A stretch of 64,000 nt of DNA from Magallana gigas (Eukaryota). Each line of letters begins with the position of its first letter. Positions within the stretch are counted from its first letter, which is position 1. The stretch covers positions 52,514,001 to 52,578,000 of the forward strand of contig NC_088855.1 in assembly GCF_963853765.1 (NCBI RefSeq), read 5' to 3'. Shown here in pieces: positions 41,643 through 53,234 of the stretch. The notes under the pieces were generated by a model. The model was not told the DNA's origin, ran no database searches, and worked only from the letters and a program-made list of their open reading frames with translations. The translations under genes and the position numbers were made by a program.

Positions 41643-42424
41643 GTTAACACTTAAAAAATTAATGACATAATGCAATATTAATGTTGAATCATATTTTTCC
41701 CGTATATATTGTGTCCGAATTTTCTTAAAGAGACAGTACGGCACATCTTTACAAAAAACCGACTTGAAAAAATTTTCCGATCGGGTTCTGTATTTTTGTG
41801 CTACTCATAAATGTATAAACTTTCAGAAAATTACAAAGTTCTCCATTAAATAAATCTAATTATTTCATTAAAATTAATAATTACGTATAACCTATCACAT
41901 AAATACAATTGCAACGTGTTATGGGGTCAGCCTTCTATACTATTAAGCATGCGTATTTACTGTAAACAAAACACATGCATGGCTAGCAAAGATTCTCCTG
42001 GACATGTTTGTTGATAAAAATATGTCTTTTCTACTTCTCACAGGTAATTGTTGTTCAAATATTTTAAAATAACCACAATTATTATTTTGTAAGCATGTAT
42101 TTTGCGTGCTTATCATAGGAGTTGATTGAAATACCAAAGCTGTAAGCAGGTACTCTGATGCAGGCGTTTTGTAGTTTATTTGCAAAATGCCTTAATTTAT
42201 AAGTATAAAGATTTATTCATCAAACCTTTCTTCATCTTCATCACTTTGATTTTGTATTTACTTCAACACATACCCTATGCGCTAAATGTGCATGTGCCTA
42301 TCCACATTATAGTGACAAAGTGATATTTTTTGTCCAGTTCTTTTATCTTATTTTACTAAAATATCAATGTCTTGCTGTATTTTTGTTACAAAAATGCTTA
42401 TAAAAGGGGCTTTGTTTTTAAACC

Positions 42425-43230
42425 GACTTACATTGACATGTACCTTCCTAAAAGTTGGAATTCCTTGGTGTGCTTCGCAGGACCAGACGGGGGTGTCATA
42501 TGGGTAAATTCTATACGGAAAACCGTAGCCGATGTTGTTCAAACAACAAGCATTGGCTAGGACCAATTTTTCTGATATAATAGTTTGTGGAACTCATGAT
42601 AAACGACATGTACTTACCACCAAATTTAAACTTACAGGGTTTACTTCACTCATTTAGCGAAGTAACAATAACGGTATGAAACTCTTCTCTGTCCCGATCT
42701 AAAATATATATACATATAATGACCAAGAGTAGCAAGACCCTGAACATTAATGTATAAAAAATAAATTCATTATTAACAATTGGTGGATGATAATCTCCAC
42801 TTATTTCTGTCCAACCAAATATCGGCTGCTGCATCAGTTGCTCAGCAAGTTTCTGATGGACTGTTTTACCCTGTTTTGTGGCCATTTTTTATTTTAACCT
42901 GTTGGTAAAAATGTAGAAATAAGATTTAAAATATTTAAATAATAGTCCCATTCAGTTTTTGTGGTGATTAGATTTTGTATTGTGAATACATTTCATTTGG
43001 TGATTAAAAATAAGTTGAATAGTTTTGAGTGCACTTTACCTGTGAGTGACTTTGACTGAGCGAGTCCCCTGGTAAACATCGGCGGTGTAGCTAGTAATGC
43101 TGCAGTCCTTGCAAAACCAGTTTCCATGGAAAGAAGAACTTTCAAAATCACCGTTTTGTAGCAATTCATTCTGAGCACTGGTTACACTTATCACAAATAC
43201 GCTCTTTATACCTGACTGTACCTGTAGCTC
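42425..43230 (-). pseudogene. GH10 gene fragment, paralog of copy B
   Basis: Exon 1 homolog 43233-43040 with the start codon lost (ATG AAG CTA > AAA GAG CTA). Exon 2 is absent. Exon 3 homolog reads GKTVHQKLAEQLMQQPIFGWTEISGDYH (~42790-42870), and a degenerate exon 4 end reads PVWSCEAHQGIPTFRKVHVNV with the same gtcggtt donor as copy B. The upstream region also resembles that of copy B (43290-43385 vs 28070-28165). Confidence 0.85.
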
Positions 43231-44138
43231 TTTGTTTTATTTTCAAGGAATACACGATATAATAACAATGTGTCGTACATGAGAGATACAATCAATATAG
43301 ATAAGGCAACACCATAAATACATTATAGACCAATGTGAAACTTGTCCTTCACATCTCATGTTATGTTTCGGAAATACCGAGTGAAACTAAACTGTTATAT
43401 CAGGATGATTCAACGAATTTTTTTAATCGGTGTTGTTGATGTTGTATTATTTTAATAATAAGATATTTACTTGAATTTTTTTTACTTCTTTTACTATAAC
43501 AAGAATTAAAGTTCAAAAATATTAAAATGATGTTTGATCTAAAACCCAACATATTTAAGGGCTTTAATACGTAAAGCTATAGGGAATATACGCCAGATGT
43601 CAGTTTCGTAAGATTTGTTTGACCTCTAACACTAGCATTTGATGTTGATAGTTCCTTCCTCGGTTTGTAGCTATAAAGGGGTTTCTGTAATAAATACAAA
43701 AATTGCTGATATTTCTAATCAAACTTCGCTTTAAAACCATCAGAATGGTTATTTACCGGTACATCTGTAGTTGAAATTAAATTGCCACAAATATTTGTTT
43801 ATGAGTGAAGAGGATTTATCTACTCGAACCTCAAAACAAAAACATTCTTATTTGTAAAGATGTGATACACTGTAGATAATCTTCCTTTGTTTTATATGAT
43901 AAATGCATAAACTGTAGATCAAGTATCTCCACTGAATGTTAAAGAAACATAGCTCAATGTATGCTGAGAGCTATTCTCTAATGAACTCTAGTATTTGCAC
44001 CTCATCTCTTATAACAGGAGAAGAACAGAAAATGAATCATTTAATAAATCATTTGGAAAATAATTCATTCCATATAATTATATCTTTCAATTTATTAAAT
44101 ATTCCACACATTCAATTGAAGTTGAATGCTGTTTCCTT

Positions 44139-47100
44139 TTAACCAAATGAAATATGGGATACATCTTGATGATCGTCTGAAAATGAAATTGTGAAAAATG
44201 CACCAACAAGCAAAATGAACAAAGAATAACTTTTACAATATATAACATAACTGTATAATTTTACATGAAGAGCTTTAACTCTTACTGGTAAGATTAATGA
44301 TGATATCCTTCGCTGTACTATCCAAACTAAAGTGTTCCTGGTGTATAAGATGGCCGTTTTTCTTAATGTTTAGAAGATAGTCTCCCTTAAAGGCGTGTGT
44401 TTGTATGGTGTTGCCGGGTTGAATGTTGTGAGTGAAGTATGTTTTCCACGTTTTATGAAAGAGATCGAGATATTTCTGTCCAGCAGCATTTGCCTAATAC
44501 AACATAAAATTTCGATGTAATACGTCAACAACATACTTTTTTATCATTCTTTAGAACTACATGTAATGCATTGTATTTCGTTGTTCTTAAACCAAATACA
44601 ATTTCGTTGGGATTTAATTTCGTCATATCATATCCTTGGGTTAAAACTTCGTCATATATTAAATTTCGTTGAAAAATACTGCCAACAAAATGAAAAAATG
44701 ACAATAACAAACCGTCAACCATCTCAAAAATCCATAAAACGAAATACAAATTCAAAGCAGAGCAGCACGGATCTCCATAGAGATAGAGGTATGATCAGGT
44801 GCCTAGAAGGAGATAGCATCTCTGCTACCGAAATGAAATCCTCAACGAATATTTCTGCTTCTACAGTATGACTCAACTGTAATATTTGTTCCAGTAAATA
44901 GAGCGTTATCTTTGTGCCAAATCTTTTGATCCCAGAATCCCCACAACAGGATGCCCTCTACTGCAGCATGACTGAACAACAGGGTCATGACCTTCTCGAG
45001 GTTTGCCGCTTTCCTGTTATTGTCTGTGTCACTAAGAGTTAGCTCTGTAATCCACAATTTTAATCCGGACTCGGCAACTTTATCCAGGCGGTACTGAAAA
45101 TGGAACAAAAATATGTTCCTTACATGAGTTTTCGAATATTTGGTCAATTTATCGATGATTTGTTTGAAATTGTTCCTATTGTGCAGTTAAATCTTCAACC
45201 TGAGGTGTAATTTATCAAAAAATCTATAAGTGCGTTCTTGAGGGCGTCAGTGTCTAATGTGAAATTTACGAAAGTTCAGCCTTTAAATTTAATGAAGGTC
45301 TGTTACCTTAAGGACATCCATGTCAATATTGTGTGAGGAGAAATGTCCCTGAAGCCCAAGTCCATAAACTGGTACCCCGTCTTTTTTAAAACGCGCAGCT
45401 TGGACTTTCAGAGCCTTGAAAGAACATCTCGAGTTTGGCGTATAATTAAGATTAACTAAGATCAGTGAATCAAATTCAGAAGATTTATGATATATTATTA
45501 AGTAAAAAAATAAAATAAAACATATCCCATACAATATAGCTTGGCGCTTTCATAAAATGCTGTCTTTTTGGCAATTCATTTAATTTATGTAAATTTGAGG
45601 TAAAGGATCAAAAGTGCACTAATACTGGCAAGTTATTCTCTAAGAATCTATTTAATAATAGTCTGTTAAAATAACCAACATGCAATGTATAGTGCATTTG
45701 TTTTGTGGAATGGTGGTTAACAATAAATGAATGAATAATTGCATAATTTTTTTCAGTAAACAAATCAGATTTTGATGGAAAAGGAGACGGTAATTTTAAA
45801 ATAGTCAGTTTACCCCTCTACGATCAAAATACGTTGAAACTTTCTTGTGGTTGAAATTTGAAAAAAATATGAGGAAGGTTTGACACTTATGAGTTAACAA
45901 TTACCCCATTTAAACTACAATACGAACGTGAATTAAATTATTAATAAGATATTTAACGAGTTGCAATGAGCGTGCCATTGGTAAAGTTTGAGCAAACCGT
46001 GGTTTCCGCTGAGCTGGTGATGACTTGGTAGTCGTTCAGGAACAACTTGACGCCTGGCTCCTGGTTGTGGATCCACTGAAACATCTTCTCCGTGATGTCC
46101 GGGTCCGCGGTGTGGCGCTCATACCAATCCCCGTGAAGATTCTCGTTGTTAACGTCCCAGTGCTCTAATCTTGTCATGCAAATTAACTACGACTATAGCT
46201 TTCTACTTCTTTATACACTTGTCCTGCAAATTAACTCCGAATTTAGCTTACTATTTCTTGATACACTTGTCGTGCAGATTAATTCCGAATAAAACTCAAT
46301 ATTTCTTTATACACTTGTTATGCAAGTTCACTCCGATTAAAGATTACTATTTCTATATACACTGGTGTTTTGACAGAATAAACGCCTCCATTAAAAATGT
46401 CATGGTTGTATTGCTAATTGATAAATTTCTGTAAAAAGTAATTATAAATTGGGACAATGATATATATGTGGTGGTCAACACTTACTTTCCAGTGGTCCTT
46501 GAGATGACCTCATGTACGTGATTTTTCATGGATGCTAATAATTCAGAGCTTGATTTTGCTTTCAGCCACTGAGGAACAAACTGGTCAACGCCCCAGAACA
46601 TATTGTGTCCGCGAACTTTGATTCTTTAAAACAAAAAAGGGTGAGTCCTAAGGTTTGTATGAGTTGGAGACGCTTGTTGAGTTTGTCAGCGTTTCTTGTA
46701 ATCATTTGTATTCTAACTTACCCATGAGATTGCAATGCAGCTATAGCATTCATTGGCCGATCATAGTTGATAATGTTCTAAAGAAGAAAACAAAATCACT
46801 TTCAAAGTTCATCACCTGGTTTTCTTTTCTTCAGTCATAGGTGTTGTAATTTTGCGGAACCGCGAGGAATGAATATCTGCTTAAAATTGCAAGAAGCACA
46901 TCTCCGCGGATTTTTTAAATTTCGTTTTTATTTTTCGAACGGATAAAAACTAGATGAAACTATGAAAAAAAAATTCGTCATATTATAGCAATTTAATGCA
47001 AAACGTTTGAACAGTATCAAGACCAATGAACATACATAAACAAACCTCTGTCCATTCCATTTGTCTCCATTTCAGTGCGTTTTCCAACACAGCCCATTCA

Positions 47101-49581
47101 AAGTTATTGTAGACAAAGTCTTGGTAGGTCCTCTGTGATTGATCCGTCATATAAGAAGCCGATACAGCTGTCCCAAATGCGAAAGCCCGCTTCTTTTGAA
47201 CAAGCTACATTCAACACAAAACAAACATAAAACTGAGAGTAATCAAGCCACACCGTTTCTTTCCTTTTGCTAATGTAATTTACATTGTTAAACAAAGCTG
47301 ATTTTGGATCCAGGTCTGCATTTTACAAAGGAACTAACTACAAGGTCGTAAATATTTATAATCTTGTAGACTGATTTTAATGAACAAAATTTATATAAAA
47401 CCATTTGTTTACAACTATTTCAATTCCCATAATTATTTTTTTTACAGTTAAAGAATGAAACATTGATTAGTTTGTGATTGATTAGAATTCATTAATCAGT
47501 AAAATGCGGTCCAGAGGTTTATAATTGACATTTTATTACATGTAACAATGGAAGGATTACATTGGAGTCTAACCTCAATGGATATTCCGTGTACGTTTAC
47601 TCCTTGAGGAAGTCTGGGTTCAATGTAAAGATCACAAGAATAGAGTATAAATCATAACTTTTTTTTTCAAAATTCCGAGCATCTTACTTCTTTTAAGCTC
47701 ATGTAACAATATTTCAATTCAAACTTTGAATTATATTACAAGTACGATAGTAAAAAAGTCAAAGATATTTAAGATAATAAGCAACAGTATAAACAAATTA
47801 ATAAAGGTGAACTTAAAACAGTTATTCCATGATGTGTTTGACCCACTTGAATGAGACGGGGGCCTTCCGGAGAGTGTTGATTCTGTGGGTGGCATCTGAG
47901 AGCCAGTGTGAATTGTGTGGGAGTTCCACAGCACTGGCAGCGTCCAACAGGAAGTTGACCTCCGTGTCTTGTATCTGTATATACACCGCGGCAGTGGTAG
48001 CTCCTTCAAATAATTTACACAACCAGTTGTAAATTATTTGAACATCCTTCTCTTTTTAGTTAAAAACCTTATTAGAATATCTTCTCGGTCATTTTTTTTT
48101 TATTGGAGGAAGTTAATCTTACCATTTTGGGCATGAAAATTGCCACTTATCTCGGTCCATCCATACTTCAACTGTTGCAATGGTATGTTGGCCAAAACAG
48201 TGTAATGAGGATGCCCTGTTGTAAAATACATACAGTGGAGGTATAGTATACTCACGTTAAAATATTAATGGACATTATCGCGCAACCGAAAAAAAATATG
48301 CCTAATTCTTCATCCATTTGAATTTGCTATACTATAGACCAATTCACACATCTTTGAAGAAAAACCAATAGATTTTTCACAGAAGCCTTTGTAGTATAGA
48401 GGTTTGTTACTTTCTCATTTGAAGTTAAAAGTCTGTTTTCCTTGTGTATTTTGATTTCCACAGGATGGAACAACCCACAGATCGAAGGAATAAATTTAAT
48501 TCAGAGAGATTTCATCACCGGAAACCCAAGTATTTTGTTGCATAAAGAAGGGGAAAGTTGATTTTTCTCTTCTGACCTTTTTGTTGACCCCGCAAAGGGA
48601 AGCAACTTTAGTATAGTATGGATTGGACTATACACACATTGACCAAATGTAAAGAAAGTTGAGCGTTTTATTGACAAAAATTGATAATGGTTATAAAAGT
48701 GAATACCGTTTACAGTGAGAGCCAGCATCATAGAAACCTTTGCGTAGGCATGTCCGGTAGGAAGGTTTAGGAGCTTGAACTGCATGCTGACCACGTAGTT
48801 CTTCCCGGGAGTAACAGCAAAGGTTTGGCGGGGAGACGACCAAGGGTGATGTCTGCACAAAGACAGGTGTATCAGAATGAATTGATTAGGTTTCAATATT
48901 ATACAATAGTTTGTGTATTGTCTTTCTTCTGTCTTTATTAAATTGTGTTTGTTGTGCTGGAAAGTTGGTTCTATGTTGCATTCTTTGAGATTGTCTGTAA
49001 ATTTGTACGTTTGTCTGTTTGTACCTCTACAGTGAATGTATATGAGGAGTAAAGGAATTTTTGTAATATAGTATAAAAAATACAACTTATTTAATTATTT
49101 AATGCAACATATTAAACTAAACTTTTTCTTTTTTTTTTAACTGTAATTATGGTTATTTTGACAGGTCTAAAGAATAATGATTTAATAATTCAAGTGATGG
49201 TTTACAACAACAAAAATAAATAAAAAACTAAGTACATATATAAATATTATAATACTTAAAACTTTAAACGTTATCTTAATGTCAGATTTAAAATAAGATT
49301 TGAACATGTACACGATTAGTTACATTTTTCAATGGTACATAATATTGTAAGTGAAAGAAGGTACAACAGACATACAGAAAGAGTTCTCACCTGTTAGAAA
49401 CCATAAGGCTACGACCTCCATGGTAAGTGTCGTCTGTCCGTGACGTCAGTTTGCAGTCAATGGGAACCCAGTTACTGGAAAAAGAGGTGCTCTCAAAATC
49501 AGCATTTTGGAACAACTCGGTTGCAGCATTGGTCTTTTCAGCCAAAATGGGAAACAAAACTATGCTGAAGAGGCACCACAT
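44139..49581 (-). CDS. Secreted GH10 xylanase-like protein, copy A (573 aa, intact)
   Basis: 13 exons: 49581-49391, 48852-48707, 48215-48123, 48003-47847, 47613-47574, 47204-47046, 46777-46722, 46623-46486, 46169-45998, 45414-45307, 45093-44878, 44493-44286, 44176-44139 (1722 nt, open). Motifs ENALKW, RGHNMFW, WDVNNE, QGH, LWITELTL, LWGFWD. Confidence 0.92.
46170..46362 (-). repeat. ~48-bp tandem repeat (4 units) ending at the exon 9 splice acceptor of GH10 copy A
   Basis: Unit (+) acttgtcatgcaaattaactccgaatttagcttactatttctttatac. Only one unit is present at the same position in the pseudogene (36042-36090). Confidence 0.85.
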
Positions 49582-50905
49582 TGTCAGGCAGTCTGATATG
49601 TCCCAAAATGGTCTTATATAATATATATAGCCAATAGATAAAATATGACCTCAAAAGACAGGGGTCAGGAGTCGATGGCAGCACTGATTATTCAAGTAAA
49701 ACGTAGTTATTGTAGAGAAGGATTTAGATAACTCCACTTCAAGATTTCCTTTACTCAGGATAAACAAAGAGATATGCAAAGTTGAATATCCTATGTCAAA
49801 GATTGTTTTAAAAACGAAAAAAAACACTGTTTTATAAAATCAAATTTATACTGAAACAGAGAATGAAATTTTTAACATCGCTGAATATGACTTATATTTG
49901 CATGTGAGAGAGACAAATCGTCCAGAATTATTAACATAATCGTGTATTTAGGTTAACAATAATGCAACCGTGAAACGATAAGCGCTTGTAATAATCATTG
50001 TGTAGTTATCAAAAAGTTCACACAGATTTGAACGTATTCGCTATTCCAAAGGTTAATATAAGGACACATAGTTGCAAATGTATATATATTGTTATGTTGT
50101 CGTGTGTGAGTGTTCGTGTACTAGTATTTCATTTAATATCACTTTTGAAGTTTCAATATTGAGTAAGGTAGTCATGTATTTGATATACATGTAGTTCATT
50201 GTGTTTATCGAGCAACATTAAAAATATCGGACGTTAAATCCTGTTTTGTTTTCCGCACAAAAATATTATTCCTCTTGTCTCAGGGGAATTTTCACAATTC
50301 CCTGTCCATTCTTTGATGGAAAATGTTTTCCCTCTGTAGATGGATCATATTAAGAATTGTTTCCTTTTAACTTTCATCCGATTTTACATCCTTTTTGGGG
50401 TATGATAATTATAATGGAATTCAATGACTGCTGTTGGATAAAAGAAAATGTTCATATTTGTCAGTCATTTTTGTCATGGGAAGTCAAGTAAATCATTATT
50501 ATATGTTTTAAATTTGAAATCTTCGTTTCTAAAATATAACCATTTTTAATGTTAATTTTTTGAGTTACAATCATTTTGCAGTACCATATTGTTCATGTTT
50601 GACATTTTATATGTAATTATATAATTCACTGCAAGTGTTGATGTAATATGAATAAACGTCAGCTGCTCCCAATAAGCTAGTCTCGGTAACAGCACATTTG
50701 TTGAGTGTGTTTGTTTTCTCAAACGCAAGTGAATATTATACCGTTACTATTGAACAGTTTTGAAAAAAATTTCATAATGCCTAGTTTTTTTCCTTTATAA
50801 ATCAATGAAATTTGATTAATGGTTTTTGATCTATTTTTCAACATTAAAATGCAATGCATACAAAACATCAATAATAGTCATGATAAACAATAATGCTTGT
50901 GTTTT

Positions 50906-51549
50906 TCATATAGGTAAAAGATGAACAGGCATATAGTTTATTTCTTGACCAGTTTTTATCTTTAACTCAACGGTAATCTTTTCGGAAGGATTAACACAAA
51001 ATGCTGGCCATAAAGGTTTATCAAACATGACGTCATTGAACTGTGCGATGAGGTCAGCTTCGGTACAGTCCACTAAAGATATGCAAGCGTTTGTGTCGTC
51101 GAGAAATATCCCAATAACCTTGTGCAAGGATGAGTTTCTGGTTACCAAACCAACAGGTAGATGACCAACCAGATCTAAGTGGTCCCAGCTCTCGATACAC
51201 ACCTGGTGACATTTTTCACAGAAAACTACAGAAAAGCTCCATCCAAACTTGTGGTGCCGCTGGGTGGTAGTAAACTCGGACAAGTCTTCGTTAGTAATGA
51301 TGACGTCACATATGACATCATTCAAACAGAGATCTTTCCAGATGTCATACTTTATCTCCACCTCAAAGTAGGCTGCACACGGGGAAAAGAAACTAATTGA
51401 CCCTGCAGCACCATTGTAAACGCTTCCCTTGTTTGTAAGTGTCGTGTGATACTGAGATAGAGCGGTAGCTGTGTTAGAAATAATCCTCTTGCATCCAGAA
51501 ATATAGCAGTTCTTGTGTAGAGTCGATTCGTCAAGGTGAAAAGGAGGAC
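50906..51549 (-). CDS. B30.2/SPRY-like domain exon, probable last exon of the TRIM gene
   Basis: A 644-nt open exon after acceptor ttttttttggtcattgacag, with YFEVEIKY, GWSFS, VIGIFLDD and PLWPAFCV motifs. No start of its own. A compatible upstream mini-exon lies at 51743-51707. Confidence 0.7.
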
Positions 51550-53234
51550 CTGTCAATGACCAAAAAAAAATACAAATGAGAGAAGCCAAGAGCAAACTAG
51601 ACCTCTATTTCAAGTACGTGTAATGGTTCAAAAGTAATGTCAAAATTGCATTGCGCTTCTCATGGGTGTTGTACTACAGAAAATCGTGTATCAAAAGCTT
51701 GATTACGTATTGTAGATGAGCGGTTCTTCAACTCCCCTAAGGCCTGGAGAGACGTTAGTCAAAATTTCAGTCAGTATTGAAATGATTGTTCATCATAAAA
51801 TGATTAACAACGTTATATGAAGGCACTTTTAATAGCATTTCAGTTTTGTTTACCATAAAAAGACAAAGGCAAAGTACAATTTTTGAACTAAAATCTAAAA
51901 GTCTAAAGTCTAAAATTGCTTCTTGATCCTGGGCCCTGTAAGAAATATAGAAATTGGGAAGTGTTCTCAAAGTTGTGGATGACTCTTGCGGGAGAGAAGT
52001 AAATAGGGGGATCGTAGTGTTGTTCTATGTTTTATGAAAGTCTGTGCTTCGCTAATAAATAAGTTTGATAATTATAAGAACATATAGCCAAATGAAATTA
52101 AAGCTAGGTTTGGACGCCATCAACGATGTTATAATTCTAAGTTCATGATATATTGTGGAGCCTACGATTAAACTTATCGCACAGTAAAATAACCTTTCTT
52201 TACAGTTTTATTGAACGCGAAAAAGAGTAAAGATTTCTTCAATTAATTTGATAACTGTTGTGAATAAAGCAATATGACATTTTTGTAAAAAAACGAAATT
52301 ATCAACTTAATGATTAATGACTTTGGCATTATGAACAGAACGCCAGCGAATCCAGAAAGGACGTTACCCCAACCTCTTTAAAATAAGTTATCAAAGTGCA
52401 TTTCTTTATGCCGATTTTTAACGATTTTATCGCATGTGTGGCATTACTTTTGGATTAACCCTCGTATTAAGGTTTGATGCGTGTGTCTCTTACATGTAAA
52501 GGTCATGCGACATCGCTCTGATCTTGTCGAAGACAAGCTAAAGGGTCTTCTTGGTGAGGCTAAAGGTTTCATGTCTCCTACAAAAACAAAATAGGTAGTT
52601 AAATTGACCTGATTTCTTGACTGCAAATGAAGAAACATTGTTGATTTTTAATTTTATAGAAATTTAGATCAGGATACGTAAGTTTAGTTTTAATCAGAAT
52701 CGGTCAAATTTTGAAAATTAGCAGTATTTCTAAAAAAAAAAAAAATCGCCAATTCGATTCAATTTCTTTTTTTTTTAAATGATCGTTTTATATTTCTTTT
52801 CTATAAGACACGTCTCTTTAAAAGATTTTATTCATCGGTTTGAAAAATATGAAACAAAGATGTTTTTTTTTAATTTTCATAAATAATTTTGATCAAAAAA
52901 TTTAAAATGTCTTATTAATTATTGACTTTACTGGACATGATTTATTAGATGCTAATACATGTATCACGCATTTATTCACACTAAATTTCAATCTCTTCAG
53001 TGTGTTACAACCAAACCAGATTTTCCACTTTCTTAATAAAGAATACAAAAAAATCGTTAAAATAATAAAGAGCATGTTTGACCTTCGAAATCAAGTTTTA
53101 GAAATGATACTTTAACGATCAATAAAATAAAATTGCGGTGTAGCATTCCATCTCAGAAATAAATATGGCAAAACTTTAACTTCTATGAGCAACAGGAACA
53201 GTTCCTGTGTATTGAGCTTATACATTAACTTTAA

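Noticed and set aside
48501-49085. 194-aa ORF as a standalone gene
   Set aside because: It is GH10-A exon 2 read through into both flanking introns. The same applies to ORFs 24906-25352, 23800-24168, 39062-39409 and 13382-13708.
13051-49581. Bacterial contamination or recent horizontal transfer of xylanase genes
   Set aside because: All copies have 12 shared spliceosomal introns and are interleaved with animal repeats and genes. An ancient origin by transfer cannot be judged from this window.
51830-51935. Extra TRIM exon AQDQEAILDFRLLDF... that would fix the phase
   Set aside because: It needs a non-obvious upstream donor and ends in low-complexity, intron-like sequence. Left unresolved rather than called.
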